DNA from: the human T2T-CHM13v2.0 reference genome, Homo sapiens
Assembly (NCBI RefSeq): GCF_009914755.1
Contig: NC_060926.1
DNA: 64,000 nt
Strand: one strand, 5' to 3'
The translations under genes and the position numbers were made by a program. Below are positions 42,980-55,070 of the stretch, in pieces. The notes beneath the pieces are model-generated. The model saw only the letters and a list, made by a program, of their open reading frames with translations, did no database searches and was not told the DNA's origin. Numbering within the stretch: position 1 is the stretch's first letter; each line of letters starts with the position of its first letter.

Positions 42980-45504
42980 TTTGTTTTGTTGACTATTTTT
43001 AAATTTTGTTTTAACTTTTGTGGGCACATAATAGGTACCTACATTTATGAGGCACACAAGATATTTTCATACAGGCACACAATGCATAATAATCACCTCA
43101 GGGTAAATGAAGTATCCATCCCCTCAAGCATTTATCCTTTCTCTGCATTACAAACAATCCAATTATACTCTTTTAGTTATTTTGAAATGCACAGTAAGTT
43201 ATTGTTGACTATAGTCAGCTTGTTGTGCTATCAAATACTAGATCTTATCCATTCTAACTATATTTTTATTTTTTTAATTTTAATTTAACTTTATTATTAC
43301 TATTTTTAAAGACAAGGTCTCACTCTGTCACCCAGGCTGGAGTGCAGTGGTGTGATCATGGTTCACTGTAGCCCCGACCTCCCTGGGCTCTGGTGAGCCC
43401 CCAACTTCAGTCTTCCAAGTAGCTGGGACTACAGGTACATGCCACCACACCTGGCTAATTTTTGTATTTTTTGTAGAGATGGGGTTTTTGCCACATTGCC
43501 CACGCTGGTCTCGAACTCCTAGGCTCAAGCAACCCATCAGTCTCGACCTCCCAAAGTGCTGGAATTACAGGTGTGAGCCACCACACCCAGCCTCTAACTA
43601 TATTTTTGTACCTATTAACCATTCTCACTCCCCTGCCCTCTTCCCATCCTCTAGTAATCATCATTCTATTCTCTGTGTCCAGTTCAATTGTTTTAATTTT
43701 TAGCTCCACAAATAAGTGGGAACATGTGAAGTTTGTCTTTCTGTGCCTGGCTTATTTCACTTAACATAACGTCCTCTAGTTTCATCCATGTTGTTACAAA
43801 TGCCAGGATCTCATTCTTTTTATGGCTGAATAGTACTCTACTGTATATATGTAACTCATTTTCTTTTTCCATTCATCTGTTGATGGACACTTAGTTTGCT
43901 TCCAAATCTTGGCTATTGTGAATAGTGTTGCTATAAACTTGGGAGTGCAGATATGTGTTCGATATACTGATTTTCTTTCTTTGGGGTATATACCCACCTA
44001 GCAGTGGGATTGTTGGGTCATATGGTAGCCCAACTTTTAGTTTTTTGAGGAATAACCAAACTGTTTTCCTTAGTGGCTGTGTTAATTTACCTTTCCACCA
44101 ACAGTGGAGGAGGGTTCCTCTTTCTCCACATCCTTGCCAACATTTGTTATTCTGTCTTTTGAATAAAAGCCATTTTAACTGGGGTGAGATGATATCTCAT
44201 TATAGTTTTGATTTGTCTGTTTTTGAAGATCAATAATGATTGAACACATTTTCATATACCTGTTTGCCATTTGTATGTCTTCTTTTGAGAAATGTCTTTT
44301 CCGATCTTTTGCCCATTTTTTATTCAGGTTTTTAAAATAGACTTGTTTGAGCTCCTTATAGAGTCTGGTTATAATCCCATATCAGATGGATAGTTTGCAA
44401 ATATTTTCTCCCATTCTGTGGGTTGCCTCTTCACTTTGTTGACTGTTTTCATTGCTGTGCAGAAGCTTTGTAACTTGTGATCTCATTTGTCCATTTTTGC
44501 TTTCCTTGCCTGTGCTTGGAGGGTATTACTCAAGAAATTTTTGCCCACTCCAATATCCTGGAGAATTTCCCCAATTTTTTCACATAGTAGTTTCATAGTT
44601 TGAGGTCATAGATTTAAGTCTTTAATACATTTTGATTTTATTTTTGTATATGGTGACAGATAGGGGTCTACTTTCATTCTTCTGCATATGGATATTCAGT
44701 TTTCCCAGCACCATTTATTGAAGAGACTGTCCTTTCCTCTATGTATATTTTTGACACCTTTGTCAAAAATGAGTTCACTGTAGATGTACAGCTTTATTTC
44801 TGGGTTCTCTATTCTGTTCCATTGGTCTATGTGTCTGTTTTTATGCCAGTACCATGATGTTTTGGTTACTATAGCTCTGCAGAATAATTCGAAGTCAGGT
44901 AATGTGATTCCTCCAGTTTTGTTCTTTTTGTTTAGAATAGCTTTGGCTATTCTGGATCCTTTGTGCTTCCATATACATTTTAGGATAGTCTGTTCTATGT
45001 CTGTGAAGAATGTTGTCATTGGTATTTTGATAGGGATTGCATTGAATCTGTAGATTGCTTTGGGTAGTATGGACATTTTAACAATATTGATTCTTCCAAT
45101 CCATGAACATGGAATATTCTTCCATTTCCTTGTGTGTGTCCTCTTCAATTTCTTTCATCAATGTTTCATAGTTTTCATTGTAGAGATTTTTTACTTCTTT
45201 GGTTAAATTAATTCCTAGGCATTTAATTTTAGTTATAGCTATTATAAATAGGATTACCTTCTTGATTTCTTTTTCAGATTGTTTGCTGTTGGTACATAGA
45301 AATGCTACTGATTTTTGTATGTTGATTTTGTATCCTGTAACTTTACTAATTTTGTTTATCAGTTCTAGTTCTTTGGTGGAATCTTCAGTTTTTTCCAAAT
45401 ATAAGATGATACCATCTGCAAATAATGATAATTTGACTTTTTCCTTTCCAATCTGATGCCCTTTATTTCTTTCTCTTGTCTAAATACTCTGGCTAGAACT
45501 TCTG
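42980..45504 (-). mobile_element. 5'-truncated L1MA (MA2/MA3-like), about 2.2 kb, interrupted by an AluJ
   Basis: L1MA 3' UTR with ORF2 remnants in ORFs 44696..45148 and 45078..45398. TSD-like CTGTCACCTCT (42968) and CTATCACCTCT (45505). Confidence 0.92.
43268..43592 (-). mobile_element. AluJ inserted in L1MA
   Basis: TSD TCTAACTATATTTTT on both sides. Confidence 0.93.
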
Positions 45505-45664
45505 CTATCACCTCTTTAGATATCTGGTTTAATGCATGAGTAGAAGATTTATAATGCTCCTCTCCAGTAACAAGCATCCTTCTTTAGTGTATAACTTTCA
45601 TGTAGTATAGAAAAGTAACTGCTGGTGCAGGTAGCTCTCTGGTAGGCAGACTCTGGCATGTAAG

Positions 45665-46725
45665 GTTTGTTTGTTTGTTTGTTTGTTTTAATATAACAAC
45701 TTTATTGAGGTATAACTCATATACCAGACAATTCATCTGAATTGTAGAATTCAATTATTTTTAGCATATTAACAGAGTTGTTATATTATTCCATTTTCAT
45801 ACTGCTATGAAGAAATACCTGAGACTGTGTAATTTATAAAGAAAAAGAGGTTTAATGGACTCACAGTTCTACATGGCTGGAGAGGCCTCACAACCATAGT
45901 GGAAGGCAAAGGAGGAGCAAAGACATGTCTCACATGGTGGCAGGCAAGAGAGTGTGTGCAGGGAAACTGCCTTTTATGAAACCATCAGATCTCATGAGAC
46001 TTATTCACTATCACAAGAACAGCACGGGAAAAACCTGCCCCCATGATTCAATTACCTCCCACCAGGTCTCTTCCATGACATGTGGGGATTGTGGGAGCTA
46101 TAATTCAAGATGAGGTTTGGGCTAAACCAAATCAATTGTAGAACCATCACCACAATCAATTTTAGAACATTTTCATGACATCTAAGGGAAACTTATCCGT
46201 TAGCAGTCACTCCCCATTTCCTCCTAATATCCCTAGCTCCTGGCAACCACTAATCTATTTTCTTTATCTTTAGGTTTCTCTATTCTAGACATTTCATTTA
46301 AATGAAATCATATAATGTGTGATGTGGTCTTTTGTGACTCACTTCTTTCATCTGACATAATGTTTTTGAGGTTTATCTATGTTGTAGCACGTATCAGAAT
46401 TTCATTCATTTTTAAGGCTTAATAATATTCCATTGTATGGATTTCCCAAATTTTGCTTATCCATTCATCAATTGATAGGCATTTGAATTACTCCCACTAT
46501 TTTGCTATTATAAACAATGCTACTTTGAATATTCATGTACAAGTTCTTATGTGGATATATGTTTTCAGTTCTTTCAGGTATATACTTAGGTGTCAAATTT
46601 TGGAAATTGTTTGGTCATCTGATAACTAAATGGCTTAATATTTTGAGGAAGTGGCAGGCTGTTTTCCAAAGGGTCTGAAACATTTTACATGATTACTATC
46701 AGTGTAGGAGGGTTCCAATTTTTCC
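45665..46725 (-). mobile_element. L1MB-like 3' end interrupted by a THE1 LTR
   Basis: CAACTTTATTGAGGTATAAC on the left, and ACCATCACCACAATCAATTTTAGAACATTTTCAT resuming after the LTR. Confidence 0.85.
45782..46134 (-). mobile_element. THE1 solo LTR
   Basis: Typical THE1 body of about 350 bp with a 5-bp TSD GTTGT/ATTGT. Confidence 0.92.
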
Positions 46726-48048
46726 TGGCCTGCCTATACAGGACCACACAATAATTATATACCTAACATCCCCTATTGACTTCAAGGAGAAATGAACAGT
46801 ATGAGATAATGCTCCAACTATTAAAATTTCCACCAATGTTTTACACAGTTTCCCAGACTCATTAAAATTTCTATTTCAATGATCCTTTTTGGTAATGAAT
46901 TTTCTTAATAAACTCTGCATCATATTTCAAATCGTTCCAGAACATTATTGGCAATAGTGTTTAATGGACTGTCATACTTCATTTACATTGATCCTAAAAA
47001 CAGAAGAGAAAAAAGAGAGAAGGGTGCCTGAAGCATTTATCTGTAATGGCAAGTCTTCAGGTCAGCCCCATCCATTAGGGAAGACAGAGTAGCATTCAGC
47101 AAAAATAGAACCAGCCAAAAGTATAGATTGAGAGTAATTTTTTTTTTTCTGATGCTCAAGTAAATACTCTGATCTCAGCCTGTCATTCATATAACCACCC
47201 TGTATTTAATTACACATTACTCTTCAAATTAGGTAATGTTAACTTCAGTGCTTGTAGATCTAAGATGATGTATTATATAAATATATCAAATGTTGCAGGG
47301 GCACTTATTAAAATATTTTAAAAGTTTTGCTTTAAACTCTTAGCTAAATTAAAAAACAGAGATATTTCTTATGTTAGCCCAATGGCCTATTTTATTATTA
47401 CTATAATCATTAAAAGTCTAAAGTAAGGTATAGACTAATTGTACTTAAAGCTGAATGATAAACAAATGTGTAATTATTTTGCCATTGTGAGTCTCCTGGA
47501 GGGAAGCAAAGTTCTTTCTCTAAGCCCACAATGGTGGCTCTGATAATACTGTGTAATACATGGCTCCCTAGGGCCTGGTGAGAGTCACTTTGTAATAACA
47601 AACCCAAATCAAATAGAATGCAACAGGGAACTTCACAAACAGATTACTCCATCAACAAAGGTTGGAATGCGCAATGATCCCCCTTACCCAATCAAATCTC
47701 TATGCTAATAAAGACAAGGCTTGAGAACTACTTAGCTGCCACTACTCATTAGCATAAAAAACTTAGCAGCTGTTTACCATTTCATTAGCATTTTAATGAC
47801 AGACAATTTGCCATGTTAAACACAGATTGTTTTAAAGTACTGGTAGATCTTCTGAATAAATATAAACTATACTTTCATTAATCCTTCACCTCAACCTTGC
47901 TGTTTTCAATTTTAAAACCTACTTTTTAATACTGCTTCACCAGGACTTATTGCTTGTTTTTGCAAATGGTAAATAAATAGGGACAAAGTGCATTTTTTTG
48001 AACAAGTTATTTCATGCTCTGATCTCTCTGTCTTCATATTTCAGATTT

Positions 48049-48070
48049 TGCTGCTGCTGCTGCTGCTGCT
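48049..48070. repeat. (TGC)7 trinucleotide repeat, CAG-type on the gene strand
   Basis: Read directly from the sequence. Confidence 0.95.
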
Positions 48071-48558
48071 AAGAATCCTTTCTTCTCACCTCTGGGTGCC
48101 TGAAAGTCAGCAGGAGTTACAAGCGGAAATTTGGCCAAAATGCATTGCACTCTGAAAGAAAATGCTTAATTTCTCTAAAAGTGAAGGACTTGCTGAGAAA
48201 AAAATGTTGAAAATATAATGAGCAGGCATTTCAATGCAAAAGGTGATACAATATACCCATTACGTTGCTATTCTCATGGGACAGAACCAACCTTTGACTT
48301 TTGTATAAACTATCTGGCAATATTACGTAAGACACCTCCTATTTGTAGTTCTGTTTCAGAACATAGTATATAATCTGGTATATATCATAATGAATAAAGT
48401 CATAATGAATAAAATCAAAATAGGGTGCCGCCCTATTTGATAATAAAACTTTTCATGTCACTGAATGCATATATTTATCAAACTTCCTGTACTAAAATGA
48501 AATACACATATATAAGCAGGCATACTCCAAAAATTTAACAGGAATAATTTAACACTCT

Positions 48559-49150
48559 TGAGACAGGAGTAATACAAGGTGGTCACAGGAGAATAGAAAA
48601 TTCCAGACAGCAGTTTCACATGTTTAGCAGAAGAAAACTGTTGAAATAGCTGCATAAGGTAGGGGCTGATAAGACCCTGAAAAACGAAGGTGTGGGCCAA
48701 GCTGGCTAAGACTAACTGGACCCAACATGGCACTGGATTTGACCTAGGTTTCACCTAAGATCTCATTATACTCTCATTAACATACTAAATCACACACCCA
48801 CCAGTGTAATGACAGTTCTGAGACCACCCATATTGGGTGTAAAAATGGGTAGCACACAGTTCCAAGAAATCTTCATATCTTTCCAGGAATCTTCATGAAT
48901 ATCCCACCACTTGATTAAAGATACCCATAAATATAGAAACTCCAAACCCTGTGGTGTGACTCACTTCTCTTGAGTATGCCCACAATCCCCTTCCTTAAGT
49001 GTGTACTTTTCACTTTGCAATAAATCTGTACTTTCACTCTATCCCAATTTGTCCTTGAATTCCTTCTCACAACAGCATCGAGAGTCTGGACACCAGACAG
49101 AGTCCAGGTCTCACAGGCATTTGGGGATCTCCTTTAGTCCACCAGTTTCA
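48559..49150 (+). mobile_element. ERV1 solo LTR, MER41-family-like (592 bp)
   Basis: TG...CA termini, a perfect 4-bp TSD CTCT, a TATA-like CATAAATATA and AATAAA at about 49019. The 5' end TGAGACAGGAGTAATACAAGGTGGTC resembles MER41 subfamilies. Confidence 0.82.
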
Positions 49151-50054
49151 CTCTTATCATGGAAATTCCATGTATTCATATGAATATGAATTCCCATTAG
49201 AATGTAATTAAATTTCTTGCATACATTTCACTTTGATGGTAAAATACAAGTTGATTCATCTATAGCTATGAAACCAATAATATGTAAAAGACAATTTCCT
49301 AATATGATCATAAGAAAACTATTATTTCAGCCAACTGCCTCTGTAACATAATAGGTACCTTATTATGTTAATGGATTATGTCATAATACATCACAATACA
49401 ACCTTACTTAAGGACAGATGACACCTGAAATTATTGCCTTAGTCTTTGGCCTTTAGATATATAATCTTAAAAGCCCATTTAGATTATAACTTTGAGACTT
49501 CCTAGTGGCTCTTCTTTATATGCCAAAACAGAAGCAAAGAAAACACCTCATTCTTCAAAAGAGTATGCCAGAGTCAACAAATATGCATGAAGAAGCATTT
49601 GCAGAATGAGATCAAATCTGTATATATTCTATATCCTGCAGGAGTAGTTTCTTCTTATGCCATTATTATGCATGTTCCCATCAGTGAGTACTGAAATTAA
49701 AAACTTAACGTATTATAAAAACCTGTTAGGGGAGGCAACATCAATTATAGAACTCCAAAAGATTTCTTTAAAGAAATTTAAATGAGTGGCATTTCAGATT
49801 TTCTGCCATACTCAGTTTTCTTTTTTCATTGCTTTCCCAGCTTTGTTACACCTAATACTGTATATTTTTTCTCTCATCAGGATAATTGCCATCACCGCAT
49901 CTCCTCCACTTCTCTCAGCATTTCTTTTCTTTCATAAATCTGCTAGGTGAAGAAAATAATTTACCAAGAGACTATCAAAGCATGGCCACTAAGAGGTGGC
50001 TATATGAATAGGGGAGGTGACTGATAAAGGATTTTGCCTTTGAAAAGGTCTCAT

Positions 50055-50340
50055 AATAGCAATAACAGAGATAACATTTTTATAGAACATACTATGTAAC
50101 AGGCACTATCCTAAGTTCATTACAATTGTAGGTATATATACTCATTTACATATACTCATATATATACTTATACATATTTAGTCCTTGCAATCTGATTAAC
50201 AAGGTATTAGCCCCATTTTACAGATGAGAAACTGAGGCACAGAGAGATTAAGCCCAACTTCATATAGTTTGTATGTAGAGGAGCCAGAATTACAACCCAG
50301 GCTATTTGACTTCTGAATTCTGCTTTTCACTACCATGCTA
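50055..50340 (-). mobile_element. MIR
   Basis: CCCCATTTTACAGATGAGAAACTGAGGCACAGAGAG core. Confidence 0.88.
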
Positions 50341-50684
50341 TGGTCACCAAATTGTATAGGTGAAAACATTCCAGTCATATAGATACATTCTCCAGCTGAG
50401 GGAGAAGCATTTTACCATAAACCTGAGAGATTTAAAATACTGGACCTCCAAACAGATATAGTATTCAACTGGGAATTAGTTGAAACTTATTTGACCTTAG
50501 TGTAGTATCTGATACTTAAATAACCAAGATATATAATGAATATATTTATCTAAAAAGAATCTTCCCCAAATAATAGTATTATTTGATTCAATAAATACTT
50601 ATGAGGGACTAACAAGGCACAGTGCTAGCAATGACAGGGATTATGAACTGTGTCAGAACTTATTTTACTTTTTAAGATAAGAAA

Positions 50685-50910
50685 ATAATAATAACAACTG
50701 CTACCATTTAATGAGATTTTACTGCATGCCAGGTAACGTGCTAAGTGATTTATGTCCCTTATTCTTATTAAATTATAATGCAACTCTATGATATTTATAT
50801 TATTATTCCCATTTTACAGATGAGAAAGGTGAGGTTTAGAGTGATTAAAATCACTCAGTATGTGGCAGAGCCTGGGTCCAAACTCCTGTCCATCTGACTT
50901 TAAAGCCCAT
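50685..50910 (-). mobile_element. MIR
   Basis: CCCATTTTACAGATGAGAAAGGTGAGG core. Confidence 0.85.
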
Positions 50911-51209
50911 GTCATCATTCCCTAAAGTAGGTTATATGTAAAGCTGTTACATGAAAAAGATTCTGTCATCAAATACATTTAGAAAATGTTGCTTCAACAA
51001 AGCTTAAAGCGGTTCTTTTCTGCAACGCATCTTAGAGTTTTTAATATACTAACAGGCACTGTGGACATCTAGGCAGAAAAAATTTCTTCCCTCAATTTTT
51101 TTAGCATAGAATCAAGCCTTAAATTTTTTTTTAAATTAAGATGACACAGGCAACACTGTTCTACACCTGTTAAAAGCACCAACTCAGCAGACAGATATGT
51201 TAGAAGCTG

Positions 51210-51420
51210 AAGACTCCTGGGAGCACTGCTTTCTTGTGCAACCTTGGACAAGTTATTTTACTTATTTATACCTCCACTGTCTTTTCTATAATTAAGAAAA
51301 ATAAGAGTAGCTATATCATAGGATGGGTGGGAAAACTAACTGAGGTTTTTCTATGCAAATTTCCTCAACCTGTGCCTGATACATAGCCAGTATTGTATAA
51401 GCTTCAGTTACTGTGGTTAC
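51210..51420 (+). mobile_element. MIR
   Basis: TGTGCAACCTTGGACAAGTTATTT core. Confidence 0.7.
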
Positions 51421-51769
51421 TAACTACTCCTAATCCTTGACACTATGCCATATCCCAGGAGAGCATGAATAATTAAATCTATTAATACTTACCATAAACG
51501 GCAGGGGTCATGTGTTATCAAAAAAATGTTAAGTAGGTTCAAGAGAGAAAGAAATTGCATCTGGTTCATAAATGGGGTTCATAAATGTTTCGACAGATGA
51601 GATATCTCTTAAGATAAACTTTGAGGAATGGCTTGTGTTTGAGGGGTATATATGGAAGAATGGTGGAGCGGAACTGTATAAACAAAAAGTATAGAGAAAA
51701 CAGAACATGTTGAGGTTAACTTTTTTTAGGCTTTCAAGGTATTCTTAGGGTTTCTGGATTAAAAGGTAA

Positions 51770-52765
51770 AACCGAAAATAGAAAAACAGAGTATCTTTGT
51801 GACCTTGGACTAAGCGAAGGTCTCTTAAACAGGAAACAAAAGATGTTAATCATAAAAGAAAAAAATTGATGAATATATTCTATTAGTAAGAATGTAGAAC
51901 TCCTACAGATCAATAAGAAAATGATAACACTAGATAAATGGGCAAAAGAGTTGGATACTTCACAAAAGCATATATTAAAATGGCCAATAAACATACAAAA
52001 ACGGTGCTTAACTTCATTAGTAGTTAGGAATATGTGAATTACAACTACAATGAGGTATCACTACATATCCACAAGAATGGTTCAATTTGATGAAGAAAGA
52101 TGAAGATAATATTAAGTGTCGACAAGGATACAGAGCAACTAGAACTCTATATTAAAGTGTAAATTGTCACAGCTACTTTGAAAAACTACCTGGCAATATC
52201 TATTTAAGCTGAATATATAAATACCCTAAGACCCAGAAATTTCACTTCTAGGTATATAACTAACAAAAATGATTTGTGCTAGAATGCTTATGGCAATATT
52301 CTTCATAATAGCCTCAAACTGGAAACTAGCCAGTTAATCTATCAACAATAGAAAGAATAATTTTTGTATGTTTGCATGATGAAACATTCATGCAATGACA
52401 TACAGCAATGAGAACAAATGGCACATTCTTACATGCAACAACCAATAGATCTTGCAAGCATAACGTTGAAGAAAAGAACTAAAATAAAGGAGTACATGCT
52501 GTATGATACCATTTATATAAAGCGTAAAACCAGGCAAAGTAATTTATTCTGTTAGGATAGTGGCTTTCCTTATAGAAAGGATGGGATGAGGTGGAGGGTG
52601 AGAGGACTAAAACAGGGCATTCAGAGTGTCTTCTAGGATGCCAGAAATGTTCTTTCCTTGATCTGGGGGGCCAGCTACACATGTATGCTATATTTGTGTA
52701 CATTCATTCAACTGCACACTTATGTGCACTTTTCTGTATGTTATAAATGAGCAGAATTTTTAAAA
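51770..52765 (+). mobile_element. Ancient L1ME-like 3' portion
   Basis: AAATGGGCAAAAGA...AAATGGCCAATAAACATA...GACCCAGAAATTTCACTTCTAGGTATATA. Confidence 0.85.
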
Positions 52766-52958
52766 AATGCAGTCAATGCTATTAATTCTAATAAAATGTT
52801 TTGACAAATATAGGCAAAATTTCCCAATAAGAATATCTTCAAATACTGTCAAGTTTGTATAGTTTTAGGATGACAATGATGCTTTTTGAGTTCTTTTTTT
52901 TCTACTGCCAGCTTGATTTTGCTCAAAATGATTTGTGAGCAAATAAAATTTCTCTTTA

Positions 52959-54156
52959 ATGCTGATGCTTCCTTGCTGAATTTAGGAAGTGAATAGGGGA
53001 GACTAACACAGACTCTAGTGATGCCAAAGAGAAAAATGTATATCTAGAACTCTGAGTCTATAAAATCTAACAATTGGCAGTTACGTGCCTGAATTTCCCT
53101 TAGGGAAGCTCAGGGTTCTCCCTAAAGAGCTCCGACAGCAGCCGCCATGGCAGCAGCCTGGCAGAATGTTACATTTAAAAATAAATCCTTTTGAGCACTG
53201 CACTGAAGTTGATAAGCAATAATGAAGTGCTGCATCAAAAAACATCAAAGAAGCCGCATCAGGAGGGATTTAAAGCCACAATGTCCTTTGGGTTTTGTAG
53301 TAATACACCAGCTTTTACACAAAACGATGAATCTTTCACCGAGATGCAACAGATGGCTTTTCAGATGCTGTGGCAATAGAATATGTACAGCCAAGTGGTG
53401 ATTCATTTATACCTGAATATCTTGCCCACTTGGATTTCTTACATTTAAGTGTTGTTAAAAAAAATGGATAAGATTTATTTGCTATACTGTACAAACTATA
53501 GTTTGGTCAAACATGTGACATACTTCACTGGCTGCAATCCTTTTTCAAAGCAGCGTTGAAAAGTATGAGAATTTAAGAATTTAAATAAATTTATGGGGTT
53601 AAAACTGAATTTAAAATATTTTTCCTTTATCGTAGTTTCTCAGCTTATAACCCAATAGTATTAAGCATGATCATGCAAAAAAAGGAAATTGAAAGAAGAA
53701 AAAACGGTATTCTAACAAATGCTTTCTCAAGTTTTCTGCAATAATTTTTAAACACCTGACTTATCAAAAGGGAATGTCATGTGCTTAGTTTCTAAATTAC
53801 TAAGTCTTTGGAGAAGCCAAAATTATCTCCAGACAGGGCTTTACTAAAATTGTCTGAGGTCGAGAACGGATTGGGAGGTCACAGCGCCTGATGAAATTTA
53901 CTGGCAAAAAGACCTGGGGCGATGGTCCTGAGCTACATTTGCCTGGTGACTCTCCTCAATGGCATTAAGACCCTTTCTTGAAGTCTGAAGCCTCTTTCTA
54001 TTACAAACAGAGGAACTACGTGTTGTCTCTGATGCTGATGCTTCCTTGCTGAATTTAGGAGGTGAATAGGGGAGACTAACACAGACTCTAGTGATGCCAA
54101 AAAGAAAAATGTATATCTAGAACTCTGAGTCTATAAAATCCAACAATTGGCAGTTA
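52959..54156 (+). repeat. Dispersed direct repeat: 125 bp at 52959-53083 and 54032-54156
   Basis: ATGCTGATGCTTCC...CAATTGGCAGTTA occurs twice with 3 mismatches. Confidence 0.95.
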
Positions 54157-54734
54157 TGATGGCAGTCTATAGCATGCTAAAGACCTAACGGCAGTGCAGA
54201 ACTATCATTTATTTTGGAAACCTCCCTAAAAAATACAACTTTTCCTAGGAAAAGTGTAACAATGTTACTCAAGTCACTGAATAGTTCTAAAAGAATTATA
54301 TTTAATAAAATTTTAGAGGTAAGCATAATTAGGAATCTACCCTTCATTTTGTATAACAAAAATGGGATTTGGAGAGCTTAATCTACCATGGTACCTGACT
54401 GATGTTAGAACCAAACCTAGAGCTCACTGCCCATGAACACTGTTTTGAATATTTAAGTCTGTACAATCAAAGATGTACAAGAATCATATATTGTCATCAT
54501 TACCTTCTTTAAAAATTCAAGATTAGCATTTGGTGTGTTTTCTTTTTCAATTTTGACTGACATTTTAAAGAGAGTATTCATTTAATTAAATGAGATTTTA
54601 ATTTTACTGTTTTATCAACATGATTAATGGGAGAAATTCAATGAAAGAAAAGCCAGTGTGGCCAAAAGCCAACATTTCTTTCCAATTTATAAAATAGCAC
54701 AAGATTGATTATAACAGTTCATTTTATTTTATTA

Positions 54735-54905
54735 CATATATAAAACATATGTGTATATAACATATATACATGTTATATGTGTATGTTATATACATGTATA
54801 TAACATATATACATGTTATATATGTATGTTATATACATGTATATAACATATACATGCTATATATGTATATATGTCATATACATGTTTTTAAGTATATATA
54901 CATAT
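54735..54905. repeat. TA-rich minisatellite with a 43-bp period
   Basis: ATATAACATA occurs at 54755, 54798 and 54841. Confidence 0.9.
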
Positions 54906-55070
54906 TTTAGATTCATAGGGTACATGTATAGGTTTATATAATGGGTATATTGTATGATGCTGAGGTTTGGGCTGCTAATGATCCTGTCGCCCAAGTAATG
55001 AACATAGTACCTGATAGGTTTTCAACCCTTGTCCCCCTCACTCCCTCCCTGCTTTTGGAATCTCCAGTAT
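54905..55070 (-). mobile_element. Short old L1PA (PA15/16-like) 3' end
   Basis: TTTTAGATTCATAGGGTACATGT...GATGCTGAGGTTTGGG. Confidence 0.8.

Noticed and set aside
44696-45577. ORFs with reverse-transcriptase-like peptides
   Set aside because: They are frameshifted remnants of L1MA ORF2.
48386-48414. Short tandem duplications (also about 9576-9650, 19705-19740 and 51563-51588)
   Set aside because: They are ordinary slippage products.
53141-53150. Perfect Kozak sequence GCCGCCATGG
   Set aside because: It is antisense to the host gene and followed by only a very short ORF. It may be a YY1-like motif instead.
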